A stretch of 33,389 nucleotides of DNA from a bacterium (GCA_040752695.1 JBFMGO010000064.1:1-33389), one strand, 5' to 3'. Shown: positions 17,089-26,479, counted from the first letter of the stretch. Program-made: numbers and translations. Notes: a model not told the origin generated them from the letters alone.

Positions 17089-18636
17089 TCATTCACACTC
17101 TTCAGACATGATCTTAGAAAAGAAAGCATCATCGAAGCTTACCTGGGCATCGTCTAACGGAGTGCGCAGGGAGTATAAAAAGGCAATCACTTTTTTCTTC
17201 ATGTTCTGGTTGAGAGAGTCGAAATTGTCGCGGACAGCCTGCGCCTCCCCGCCGTGCTTGAGGATGGCATCCATGACGGTGGTAGCCCTGCCGTCATGGA
17301 GATAAGGAGCAGTGTCGCGCACACCCCAGAGACGGGCCGTAATGAATTCCCTGTTCCTTTTTTCACTGACTAAATCAAAAGATTCTGCCAGGGAAGGTCC
17401 CATATTGTGGCGCTTTAAATCAGAAAATGACGGTACGATTATACCACCGCAGCCAGAGGGTGCAAAGTTGGCGGTCCTGGCGAGATCGACTCGATAGAAG
17501 ATGTTGGCCGTTGGATCTGTTTCCACTTCTGGAAAGCTGTAGGTCAGCTTCCTGCTTTTCGTGATAAAAAAGGGTTTGTGACAATAGACACAGCCAATTT
17601 GAGTAAAGATGTTGAATCCCTGGAGTGTTTCCGGGGTCTGTTTGTCCATGACGGGTTTTGAACGGGTCGTGAGGAAGATATGGAGCACCGAAATCTCTCC
17701 GTCTAGTAATTCATTCACAACACCATCGTGGTCAGCATCAACGTCTTCACCAACCACTTCGACAGGCTGCATGCCAAAATGGAATTGCATGGCTCCCAAA
17801 TCAAAGGAGCGGATAGTGGCAAACTCTCCTTTCCGGCCAAAAGGCTTCACTACCAGATCTTCATCAATACCTTTCACATGTGAAGTATCCAGGCTGCCGC
17901 CGCTATAGACAATTGTTCCGAAATTCACTCCGAGCGCATCCAGGGTAATTACCATATCCGGATGGGATATCGCTTCAGCTTTGAGTTCCTGTAAACGAAT
18001 GGTCATCTCTTTGCCGGCGAGTTCTATACCGCCGGAGCCAAAAAGGAATGGTGGATTGATAAATCGGCCGTTTATATCTCCGGGGTTTGTACCCGGTACC
18101 TGTGCACCGGTGCCGTCCGCCACATTGATAAAACTCGGCTGGACGATTGGGTGACTGGCCCCGCCTGCTATACCTCCGATGCCGAGAGTTGCAGGAATGG
18201 TCGAATTTCTGGTAATGAGGTGGCACTCAAGACAGGTTTGTCCATCAAGCCCGTTGACACGAAGGAAAGTGCCGTTTCCCTGCAGGCTTGGACGGTTTCC
18301 AAACTCTCTCGGATCTACCTCCGCAGGATCGAACGGTCCGTCGCCGTAACCGTCAAACCGGTTGAAAGGTGTAGTGAATATCCTGAGGCCTTCCTTTTGT
18401 ATCGCCTTCAGCGGACGTGCATAGGTAATATAGTCCTGACTTATCCGGTCTTCACCGAGGTTTGGCCCTTCGCCGGTCATGGGTGTTTCGGTACCCGGGC
18501 AATTTTGCACTTGCGTTGATGCTGATACTGATAATGGCGATGAAAATGGTAGTGATAGTGATATAAAGAGGAATAATATCAATGCTATGAGCGATATAAA
18601 GGATATGAATACTGTATAGACAGATCTTCTTTTCAT
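17089..18636 (-). CDS. Di-heme oxidoreductase (DHOR / cytochrome c peroxidase-like) family protein, exported
   Basis: N-terminal hydrophobic helix; CLECH and CVYCH; PPFLFGSG, PFGRKG, FSDLKRHNMG, LWGVRDTAPYLHDGRA, ILKHGGEA. Confidence 0.88.
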   Translation of the reverse strand: MKRRSVYTVFISFISLIALILFLFISLSLPFSSPLSVSASTQVQNCPGTETPMTGEGPNLGEDRISQDYITYARPLKAIQKEGLRIFTTPFNRFDGYGDGPFDPAEVDPREFGNRPSLQGNGTFLRVNGLDGQTCLECHLITRNSTIPATLGIGGIAGGASHPIVQPSFINVADGTGAQVPGTNPGDINGRFINPPFLFGSGGIELAGKEMTIRLQELKAEAISHPDMVITLDALGVNFGTIVYSGGSLDTSHVKGIDEDLVVKPFGRKGEFATIRSFDLGAMQFHFGMQPVEVVGEDVDADHDGVVNELLDGEISVLHIFLTTRSKPVMDKQTPETLQGFNIFTQIGCVYCHKPFFITKSRKLTYSFPEVETDPTANIFYRVDLARTANFAPSGCGGIIVPSFSDLKRHNMGPSLAESFDLVSEKRNREFITARLWGVRDTAPYLHDGRATTVMDAILKHGGEAQAVRDNFDSLNQNMKKKVIAFLYSLRTPLDDAQVSFDDAFFSKIMSEECE

Positions 18637-18773
18637 GTTTTCCCCCCTTATGAAATATCTGATTATTTATGAAGAAAACTCATATTGAGCTCAATATAAA
18701 TTTTAGACGATTTGATCATATTATTAATTACGTTAACGATATGAGGAGTCTTAAAGGGGACTTGTAGTTCGGT

Positions 18774-18806
18774 AAAAAAAGAGGGCCTTCTCCCCTGGAG
18801 AAGGGC
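18774..18806 (-). terminator. Terminator after the kinase/receiver operon
   Basis: CCTTCTCC-agg-GGAGAAGG followed by CCCTC and T7 on the minus strand. Confidence 0.6.
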
Positions 18807-18858
18807 AGGTATCCCTTTGGGGAGGAGCAGGCAGGCCATCTCTTGAGCTGTCAGTGTG

Positions 18859-18983
18859 TCAGCCCATGACTTCTCGATAGCTGAGAGCTTTTTGAACTGC
18901 ATGGACAAGATCATCTGCGGCGGTTGCAGACTTTTCTATGAAATCGAAAATGCCACCATAAGGATTTTTACCGGAACGTTCAT
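18859..18983 (-). pseudogene. Response-regulator receiver remnant with an internal deletion and frameshift
   Basis: ATG 18983 reads MNVPVKILMV (receiver beta1). From 18954, another frame reads GIFDFIEKSATAADDLVHAVQKALSYREVMG* (receiver beta5-alpha5). The core of the domain is absent. Confidence 0.75.
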
Positions 18984-18994
18984 GGATATGGCTT

Positions 18995-20143
18995 TCAATG
19001 TTCCATCTGATCGGTAACGATTGGCAGCATGACCATGAATTCGGTTCCCTCACCGGAGGATGCCTGTAAGTCTAATGTGCCACCTAATCCAGTTATTATT
19101 CGATGACAGAAAAATAATCCCATTCCCAGGCCGTTCTTACTCGGCACCTGTTTCTTGAATAACTGATCCTCTATATCCTTGGGAATTCCCGAACCATTAT
19201 CTTTAACGGATACGCAAATACTGCCATTTCTTTCCTCAAGCCCAAGCTCAATGGTTCCTCCCTTCCCGGCCAGAGCATTGGCTGCATTATCGATAAGCCC
19301 AAGGAAAACTCCCATCAATTGATCCGTATTGCCAAGAACCTTCTCTCCTTCGGCCATGGGATCGACCGAAATGTGAAGCTTAATATTCGACGGTATGCGG
19401 GGTGAAATCAGTGCCTCGACTTTTTTCAATATGGGCAGCATATCTATCGGTCTTATAAGGGCGGACCCCATATCGAGATAATCGATTAATCGACGCAAAA
19501 GGATCTGGCTGTAGAGAGCACTCCTTTCAATTATCTCGCACTCTTCTTGAATGGCGGCAGATGATTCGCCGAGCTCCCGAAGAGCCTGGGTAGCGGTTCC
19601 AATGTGCAGGAACTCACTCTTAAGACTGTGGGCAATGGAACCGCAAACCGTTATGTACCGGTTAATGTCCCGATCCGGTCCGTCACCCGTTCGGTTTTTT
19701 TTTAAAATATTATAAATATGAGGATTTTCTTTATCTAATTTTTTTTCACCGTCATAATCAAGTTCCTGACAGTTTTCATCGAGGGATTTTTTCACTACCA
19801 TCCGCAACTCATCAAGCTGTATAGGCTTATTCAGGTATTCGAAGGCACCGAGATTCATCGCCTTGAGGTAAGCATTTACTTCTCCATAAGCTGTCATGAT
19901 TATTACAGGTATAGTTGGATTTTCCTTGCGAATCTCTTCAAGGAGTTCCATGCCGCTTAATTCAGGCATCCTGAGATCGGTTATGATAAGATCAGGCTTG
20001 GCGTGCATATATTCCATCAGGGCCACCCTGCCATTTTCAGCAGGAATCGCCGTGTACCCTAATTTACTGAACATATTGCACAGACACTCACGGGAATTTT
20101 GCTCGTCATCTACTATTAAAATGGTCTTATTCGGTATCATCAT
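18995..20143 (-). CDS. Hybrid histidine kinase: N-terminal receiver + HisKA-like + HATPase
   Basis: ILIVDDE, DLIITDLRMP, MTAYG, AFEYLNKP; IAHSLKSE; LIDNAANA, VKDNGSGIP, GLGMGLF, GEGTEF; likely start MMIPNK at 20143. Confidence 0.88.
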   Translation of the reverse strand: MMIPNKTILIVDDEQNSRECLCNMFSKLGYTAIPAENGRVALMEYMHAKPDLIITDLRMPELSGMELLEEIRKENPTIPVIIMTAYGEVNAYLKAMNLGAFEYLNKPIQLDELRMVVKKSLDENCQELDYDGEKKLDKENPHIYNILKKNRTGDGPDRDINRYITVCGSIAHSLKSEFLHIGTATQALRELGESSAAIQEECEIIERSALYSQILLRRLIDYLDMGSALIRPIDMLPILKKVEALISPRIPSNIKLHISVDPMAEGEKVLGNTDQLMGVFLGLIDNAANALAGKGGTIELGLEERNGSICVSVKDNGSGIPKDIEDQLFKKQVPSKNGLGMGLFFCHRIITGLGGTLDLQASSGEGTEFMVMLPIVTDQMEH

Positions 20144-20594
20144 GGTTCCTAGAATGGCGCTATGCAAACGTCTGACATTCAAAATAGTGTCGGTACGTTG
20201 AGGGCACTGCTCTTTGAATCCCGTCATAGAGGCCGCACGCTGGCAATCTGCGGCCGCAAAAGACCTTGCTACCCACCCTAGCCTTTATGTAAAAGAGTTT
20301 CAGTTTAAGGATAGCCAGAGAGCTTACAAAAAGGCGCCTTACATCCCCAAGGCGCTTTGGTCCCCTATGTGTTGCCGTATTTTGACATCGCAATTACCCA
20401 ACAGTAGATTGTTTGGATGATCTAATTGTAACTATAATTTAGGAGATAGTCAAATAATATTGGATAAATATAAATGAAACACATAATATTAGCTTTATTG
20501 ATAATGCATTTTAAAGCTCTGGATATGGTATACTCGTATGGTACTTCGTTCATGAGAAAAGCGGGGGGGGGGAGGAAAAGGTCCATGGGGAAAC

Positions 20595-20639
20595 AAAGGG
20601 AGGGGAAAAAGATGACTATCTTTCTTTACCCTCCCTTTT
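20595..20639 (-). terminator. Terminator after the dehydrogenase gene
   Basis: aaagggaggg...aaagat-gact-atcttt...ccctcccttt imperfect stem with flanking A/T tracts. Confidence 0.55.
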
Positions 20640-20657
20640 CTTTTGACAGGTTTCATT

Positions 20658-21689
20658 TCAGGGGTTGATTACTACCTTGATGGATTCTGCAGCGTCCGCC
20701 ACCAGACGGAATCCCAATCCAGCATCATCAAGGCTCAGCCGATGGGTAATCATCCGGGGCAGCAAGGGCAGCCGTGCGGTCCTGATCAGCTCAAGCGCAG
20801 TCATCAAATCAGAAGGACTTGCACCATAGGAGGTCTTGAGGGTGATTTCTCTTCGCCACAGGTCAGTCATGGGGATCGGCACCTGCACGCCCGCAGGAGG
20901 AACCGCAAAGAAGAGCACAGAGCCGCCATTGTCCACAGCCGTAAGGGCAGGCGGAATGACGCTCTCGGTTCCGGCACAGATAATGACAAGATCTGCCAGC
21001 CGCTGGTCGTTGATTTCCCGCACTCTGGCGGCAAGATCCTCGCCGCTTGCAAGAGCGGCATCCGCCCCGAACCTTTCGGCAGCCTGCAGGCGAAATTCCT
21101 GGATATCCGTGGCTATGATTTTTCCGGCGCCAAGCGCCCTGGCTAGTTGGATATGCAAAAGCCCGCTGATTCCGGCTCCGATCACTAAAACCGTATCACC
21201 CGCTTCGATGCCGCAAAGGCGCTGACCGCGAAGAACACAGGCCAGGGGCTCGATCAGGGTGCCTTCCTCGCAGGAGACCTCATCCGGCAGCACATACACT
21301 CCCCGGTCAACCTGCAGTTCGGGAACGCGGACGTATTCACTGAATCCGCCAGGATCAAAATTCGTACTCTGCAAGGTATAACAGGCCGTATGGTGGCCAC
21401 CAAGGCAATAGCGGCAGGTATTGCAGGGCACATGATGAGAAACAAACACCCGCTGTCCCGGCCGGTACCCGTATTTTGAGGCTGCACGTTCTCCAATTTC
21501 TGCAATCACTCCGCACATCTCATGTCCGAGAACCAGGGGAGCTTTTTTCCGGCGATACCACTCCATGACATCACTGCCGCAAATGCCGCAGGATTTGACT
21601 TGAACCAGCATTTCCCCCGGCCCGATCACGGGTCGTGGAACTTCCTCCAGCCGCACATCGTGATTATGATAATACATGGCTACACGCAA
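20658..21689 (-). CDS. Zinc-dependent MDR alcohol/polyol dehydrogenase (L-iditol/threonine dehydrogenase-like)
   Basis: CGICGSD, GHE, structural-Zn CNTCRYC...AC, EPLAC, GAGISG; likely TTG start at 21689 after AGGAGG. Confidence 0.9.
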   Translation of the reverse strand: MRVAMYYHNHDVRLEEVPRPVIGPGEMLVQVKSCGICGSDVMEWYRRKKAPLVLGHEMCGVIAEIGERAASKYGYRPGQRVFVSHHVPCNTCRYCLGGHHTACYTLQSTNFDPGGFSEYVRVPELQVDRGVYVLPDEVSCEEGTLIEPLACVLRGQRLCGIEAGDTVLVIGAGISGLLHIQLARALGAGKIIATDIQEFRLQAAERFGADAALASGEDLAARVREINDQRLADLVIICAGTESVIPPALTAVDNGGSVLFFAVPPAGVQVPIPMTDLWRREITLKTSYGASPSDLMTALELIRTARLPLLPRMITHRLSLDDAGLGFRLVADAAESIKVVINP

Positions 21690-21711
21690 AGGCACATCCT
21701 CCTGGCGTCGC

Positions 21712-22533
21712 CTAAACGACGGCTCCTGATTCTTCCAGCCTGTAAGCCGGTTCACTCCGTTTCAGGCTCTGGAACAGATCGTAAGCCTCCTCTGCGCTCT
21801 TGTTTTCATGCACTACGGCCCGGACCGCCTGGATCATGGCCGCTGGAGCTTCGGATTGGAAAATATTCCGTCCCATGTCAACGCCGCAGGCACCGCTTTG
21901 AATGGCCTTCCAGGCCAGATTCAGAGCATCTTGCTCCGGCAGCTTTTTACCGCCCGCAATTACGACAGGAATCGGGCAATCACGGACAACGCTTTCAAAC
22001 CCCTCACAATAGTAGGTCTTGACGAAATGGGCTCCCAGTTCTGCGGCAATCCGGCAGCATAATCCCAGGTACCGCGCATCGCGGTTCATATCTTTTCCCA
22101 CGGCCGTAACGGCCAGAACCGGAATGCCGTACCGCTCACCCTCATCCACCAGTCTGGTCAGGCTGAGCAGGGTCTGGCGCTCATGCTCGGACCCGATAAA
22201 TATAGACAGGGCTATTCCCGCCACGTTCAGACGAATGGCGTCTTCCATAGCCACGGTGATCCCTTCATTCGAAAGGGGGGTCAGGATGCTGGTTCCCCCG
22301 GACACTCTTAGAACAATGGGGGTAGAGCTGTCAGGATCGACGCTGGTGCGAAGAACCCCTCTGGTCAGCATAAGCGTATCAGCATACGCCTGAATGGGTC
22401 TTAAGGTCTCGCGCGGAACCTCAAGGCCGGTGGTGGGGCCGAGAAAGTAGCCATGATCAATGGCCAGCATTACGGTGCGCTGGTTTTTCGGGTTGATAAT
22501 GCGGGCTAGACGGTTTTTTAATCCCCAAGACAT
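21712..22533 (-). CDS. lsrF: LsrF thiolase / DhnA-type class I aldolase
   Basis: MSWGLKNRLARI, VMLAIDHGYFLGPTTGLE, RIAAELGAHFVKTYY, IAGGKKLPE, GVDMGRNIFQS. Confidence 0.9.
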   Translation of the reverse strand: MSWGLKNRLARIINPKNQRTVMLAIDHGYFLGPTTGLEVPRETLRPIQAYADTLMLTRGVLRTSVDPDSSTPIVLRVSGGTSILTPLSNEGITVAMEDAIRLNVAGIALSIFIGSEHERQTLLSLTRLVDEGERYGIPVLAVTAVGKDMNRDARYLGLCCRIAAELGAHFVKTYYCEGFESVVRDCPIPVVIAGGKKLPEQDALNLAWKAIQSGACGVDMGRNIFQSEAPAAMIQAVRAVVHENKSAEEAYDLFQSLKRSEPAYRLEESGAVV

Positions 22534-22728
22534 GTTTTTTTACCTCCTCTCTCATTTTAACCATTCATAGTTAATATTCGGCATAATTATCTGTTTTACT
22601 TCAGTTGGAACTCAATGCGGCTTTGTTATTCTCCCCTTCATGAACCGCTTCTTCGCTGCATATGACGGGCGCTGCGTATAATCGGCCCTTTGCGTATTAA
22701 ACAGGCCGGAAAAAGCGGCTCTCACCGG

Positions 22729-24639
22729 TTAGCTCGCACCTCTGATGAAGCGGGAAGCCCAGCCCCGCACCTGTTTGCCGTTCAGGACATGGAAGTAGCG
22801 CAGTTTCTGAAGCGTGGTGTGACTAAAGGAGGAGAGGGGGAGAAAAATAAGCCTTTTTTGCTGGAGTCTGGCATATTCATATATAAAGGAAGAGGGCTTG
22901 TGCCTGGCTACAACCGCTACGTAGCGGTCATCAGAATAAAACAGCCCAGCCATGATCAGCCGCTCGATATCGCTGGCTGCATCATTGAACCGCGAGTCTG
23001 TCCATATATCTTCGATGAGTTGAGGCGGATACAGAAACAGGGCTCCACCGTAGAAGCAGCGGGCTATTCCAGGGCCGATGAGGTCGTTTTTAAAATCAGT
23101 GGCGTAAAAAGCCAGGGTGGATTCATTCTCATGCTCGGCCAGCCAGGTCAATTTATAGGGGTACTTCTGGCCATCCGGGTCCTCGTCAAAAACAAAGACT
23201 ACAGCTCCGACTTCACCCTGGATCTGGGGTTCTTCCTTGACATAGATCTTGCCAAGGTGCAGATTCCGTAAGGTTTCCCGCACATGAAGGCCGTCTTTCA
23301 AGGTGCTCTGGAATTCCTCGACCCGAACCTGCGACAGCCCCACCAGCTTAAGGGCACGTTTGCGGATATATCCGCAGAAATTCTCGATAACCTCATCTTC
23401 CGGGGGCCAGGAGCAGACCGTATGTGGATTCCATCGGGTTTTCCACTGGTTTTTTTGCTTTTTACCCGGCTTTTTCTCTAACTGGATCCTTTTCCATTCC
23501 CTGGCCAAAGTCGGCACCTTGCGTGAAACAGGCCAGATGGATTGCCCGATGCCGATAAACTGGGTGGTCATTCTGATGGTCGGGTACTGGCCGGAGACAT
23601 CCAGGTATGGATAAAACTTGGCTATTTCGATCAGCTTCAGGGCAAAGTCATTGCCCATGATTCCCTTGACAGCTACGACCAGTTCATAGAGATCGGGCGT
23701 GAGCCGGTCCTTGACCAGACAGAGGTTGCGGATAAACTGAAGGGCTGTCTGCACGTCCTGGAGCCCGATCCGGTAAATTTCCTCGGGAAATTCCCTTTGG
23801 AATTCGTCACGGGTTTCCAAAAGGAGTTTTTTAACGGCTTCTGTCTTTTGAAACTCTTCAAAAAGCAAGGTGCCCTTTATTTTTTCATAAAGATAGGTGA
23901 AAAAGGGGATCTCACCCAGAATGAAGTAGAGAGAATCAGGGTGCACCGAATAGAGCTTGACTTCTTTTGGCCTTTCGCCATTGGCGATATCCCGGTATTC
24001 GGTCCGGTAAAAATGAAGAATCGCGGGCAGGTGATGCAGGGAAAAGACAAAAAGAACCCGGCGGTGTTCCATGCTCAATTCCTTCAGTCTGGCAGCCATG
24101 AAACCTGCCTGGATGTCCTCGGCCAGCCCTTTTGCATCCTCTTTGAAGTCCGCTTCGGCAGCCGCCCCTTGCTGGAGATACGGAAAAACTGCCTGGATAT
24201 AGGGAGAAAGTCCAATCCGTTCCACTGCATGATCATCAGGAAGGATCAGGCCATCTTTCGGCAGGCCGGGTTTGAGCAAATCATGGCTGAAGGTTTTATT
24301 CATTTCACGATCGATGAACCGGATGGGAAGGCCCTCCTGCATGGCCAGCCGTATGGCCTCGATCATCCCGTCGCAGGGGTCGGTGGGGAAGTAGCTGTAA
24401 AATTCGCCTCTATCAAGGGCTAAGGCTACGGTAATATAGGGAAGAAACTCGACTCCCTGCAATATCAGAGGATAGAAGGATTCGGGCAGACCAACAGCCA
24501 CACAATCGAAGGGAGTATTTAAAAACACCTCCCTGACTTCGTGAGCAAAGGAGGCTTTACCGGAAATGACAGGCAAAAGACAGATGTTATCGAGCCATAA
24601 TCGGCCATTTTCGATGAAAATTTTTTTTTCCATTTTCAT
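22729..24639 (-). CDS. Conserved hypothetical protein (636 aa), partner of the MoxR ATPase
   Basis: Long ORF 19 bp downstream of the ATPase; FDCVAVGLP, PTDPCDGMIEAIRLA, CSWPPED, DGLHVRETLRN. Confidence 0.8.
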   Translation of the reverse strand: MKMEKKIFIENGRLWLDNICLLPVISGKASFAHEVREVFLNTPFDCVAVGLPESFYPLILQGVEFLPYITVALALDRGEFYSYFPTDPCDGMIEAIRLAMQEGLPIRFIDREMNKTFSHDLLKPGLPKDGLILPDDHAVERIGLSPYIQAVFPYLQQGAAAEADFKEDAKGLAEDIQAGFMAARLKELSMEHRRVLFVFSLHHLPAILHFYRTEYRDIANGERPKEVKLYSVHPDSLYFILGEIPFFTYLYEKIKGTLLFEEFQKTEAVKKLLLETRDEFQREFPEEIYRIGLQDVQTALQFIRNLCLVKDRLTPDLYELVVAVKGIMGNDFALKLIEIAKFYPYLDVSGQYPTIRMTTQFIGIGQSIWPVSRKVPTLAREWKRIQLEKKPGKKQKNQWKTRWNPHTVCSWPPEDEVIENFCGYIRKRALKLVGLSQVRVEEFQSTLKDGLHVRETLRNLHLGKIYVKEEPQIQGEVGAVVFVFDEDPDGQKYPYKLTWLAEHENESTLAFYATDFKNDLIGPGIARCFYGGALFLYPPQLIEDIWTDSRFNDAASDIERLIMAGLFYSDDRYVAVVARHKPSSFIYEYARLQQKRLIFLPLSSFSHTTLQKLRYFHVLNGKQVRGWASRFIRGAS

Positions 24640-24658
24640 CGTTCCCTTTTATCGTTTC

Positions 24659-25594
24659 CTATTCATTGGCGCCTTCATTCCCTTCCAGCCAATCCTTTTC
24701 ATTGGTAAAGAAATCCTCTAAAAAGGCCAGATTGGTCAGACTTTGCCGGTTGATCTGCGAGGACCTTTTTTTGATATCGAGAGCGCCCTTGCCCAGGACC
24801 TGCTCTACGGCCTTTTGAAAGGTATCCTTCCAGGGGAGCTTTCGCTCGTTTGGGCTGTAATTCCGGATTTTCAGAGCATAGCGGGCAATGCTGAGGCCAT
24901 CGCGGATGCTGTAATCCAGACGGGCCTCGTGGCTCCTCTGGAGGAAATCCAGGGTGAGGTCCAGGATCTCATCCGGTGCAAAATGAAGATTATACCGAAG
25001 AATCGCCATCTCTTCCTCTCTTTCCGGAAAATCCAGTTGAATCATGGGTTGCAGCCGGGAAGTGATGTAATCGGGCACCTCATACGTAGACGCATCATCA
25101 TTCATGGTAACGCAGCAGCGAAAGTCCGGGTGGGCATGAATCTTCACTCCGGCCACAATGCTTTCCATGTACCTGCGGTTATCTAAAAGAGGGGCCAGCG
25201 ATGCCCATGATTTTTCACTCATCCGGTTGGCCTCATCCAGAACGGCTACTCCGCCCTTGAGTGCAGCCGTAAGCAGGGAACTGGCATGATATTGGATTTT
25301 GCCGCTCTCGGCCAAAACCGGCGTAATGATCAAATCTTCAGGACGCGTGTCCATCGTACATTGATAAATGTAGACCGGCTTTCCCAGCCTCCCTGCCGCA
25401 GCAATTGCCAGCGTCGTTTTCCCCATGCCCGGCTTGCCCACCAGCCGGGGACACAGCGGCAAATCATCCGGCGCTACCACCAGCCAGCAGGCAAGGATCT
25501 GTTCCATCAATTCCTCCTGGCCGATCCAGGCTCGCTCCTGCTGGTCAGCATGTGAAAGAACCAACTCAATCTCGTCAATTTTTACCTTTTCCAT
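24659..25594 (-). CDS. MoxR-family AAA+ ATPase (AAA_5; CbbQ/NorQ/YehL-like)
   Basis: Walker A GKPGMGKT, Walker B AVLDEANR, IHAHPDFR..VTMN; GGAGG SD. Confidence 0.9.
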   Translation of the reverse strand: MEKVKIDEIELVLSHADQQERAWIGQEELMEQILACWLVVAPDDLPLCPRLVGKPGMGKTTLAIAAAGRLGKPVYIYQCTMDTRPEDLIITPVLAESGKIQYHASSLLTAALKGGVAVLDEANRMSEKSWASLAPLLDNRRYMESIVAGVKIHAHPDFRCCVTMNDDASTYEVPDYITSRLQPMIQLDFPEREEEMAILRYNLHFAPDEILDLTLDFLQRSHEARLDYSIRDGLSIARYALKIRNYSPNERKLPWKDTFQKAVEQVLGKGALDIKKRSSQINRQSLTNLAFLEDFFTNEKDWLEGNEGANE

Positions 25595-25736
25595 TTGTCT
25601 GTAAGCCTCCCCATCTTCGTAGAGATACTCTCGTGGGTAAATATTCTTTATTCTTCCAACCGATAAGATGCCGGGACGATAGATCCACGTTCGTGCATTT
25701 ATTGGCTCCTTTTTTCCTGAGTGCAGATTTTAACAT

Positions 25737-25766
25737 GGTACAATGCCTTTGGCAAGGCATTGTACC
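25737..25766. promoter_or_regulatory. Perfect 13-bp inverted repeat in a divergent promoter region
   Basis: GGTACAATGCCTT-tggc-AAGGCATTGTACC. Confidence 0.65.
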
Positions 25767-25779
25767 GTACCTTTTTATC

Positions 25780-25808
25780 TTGACAACTGATAGCATCTTC
25801 GTTATGTT
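25780..25808 (+). promoter_or_regulatory. Putative sigma70 promoter of the RRM gene
   Basis: TTGACA-17 bp-TATGTT. Confidence 0.55.
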
Positions 25809-26030
25809 TGGATGGGCATATCTTAAAGACAACGAACCGAAAGGAAATAACTGGTAAATAGTGTAAAAGAGTTGTAAAATACCCTAATCGAGTATTCTCA
25901 TCAAATTTTTATGAGAATTCTTTTTATGTTCGATAATGTTATCGAAGAGGACATAATCTGCTATCTTGCATTTACCTCCAGAAGCAACATTATTTAACAG
26001 AAAAAAGATAAAAAAAGAAAGGAGCTTAGA

Positions 26031-26315
26031 ATGCAGGGTAGTAAACTCTATGTAGCAAACTTCAGTTACTCTGTTACCAACAGCCAACTGGAAGAATTAT
26101 TTGCCGCTTACGGTGAGGTTAAGGACATCAAAGTCATCGAAGGGAAAGGTTTTGGATTTGTCGAGATGGCAACTCAGTCAGAGGCTGAAAAAGCAAAAGA
26201 ATCATTGAACGGTACCGATTTTATGGGACGTACCTTGAGAGTAGACATAGCCCGGCCGCCGAAAGAAAAACCAAGAGGTGGCGGCGGCGGTGGCGGTCGA
26301 TTCCGCCGGTTTTAA
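26031..26315 (+). CDS. RRM (RNP-1) RNA-binding protein with Gly/Arg tail
   Basis: KLYVANF (RNP2), KGFGFVEM (RNP1), RGGGGGGGRFRRF; AAGGAG SD. Confidence 0.95.
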   Translation: MQGSKLYVANFSYSVTNSQLEELFAAYGEVKDIKVIEGKGFGFVEMATQSEAEKAKESLNGTDFMGRTLRVDIARPPKEKPRGGGGGGGRFRRF

Positions 26316-26479
26316 TTATGATACCATAACTTCAGGCTCGATACCGAAGGCAGTCAAGCATGCTTCATACCATACAATAACGATACCCATGATTGCCACG
26401 GAGATACAAAAAGGTATCTCCTCAGCAGGCTGTATGCTTTTTTGTGTCTCTGTGGCTGTTATACGATTTTCCTGTCTCT

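Noticed and set aside
18663..18914. 83-aa minus-strand ORF
   Set aside because: It crosses a terminator and an AT-rich promoter region and has no motifs.
20150..20420. c-di-GMP or other known riboswitch
   Set aside because: No GEMM or other consensus is recognisable by eye; kept only as an unexplained hairpin.
21712..22533. AI-2 quorum-sensing locus
   Set aside because: No other lsr genes or luxS in the window.
23542..24423. 293-aa plus-strand ORF
   Set aside because: Antisense shadow of the 636-aa gene.
26320..26408. Recurring GATAC(C) motif after the RRM gene
   Set aside because: Short and irregularly spaced (20, 26, 16, 21 bp); cannot be separated from chance or decayed slippage.
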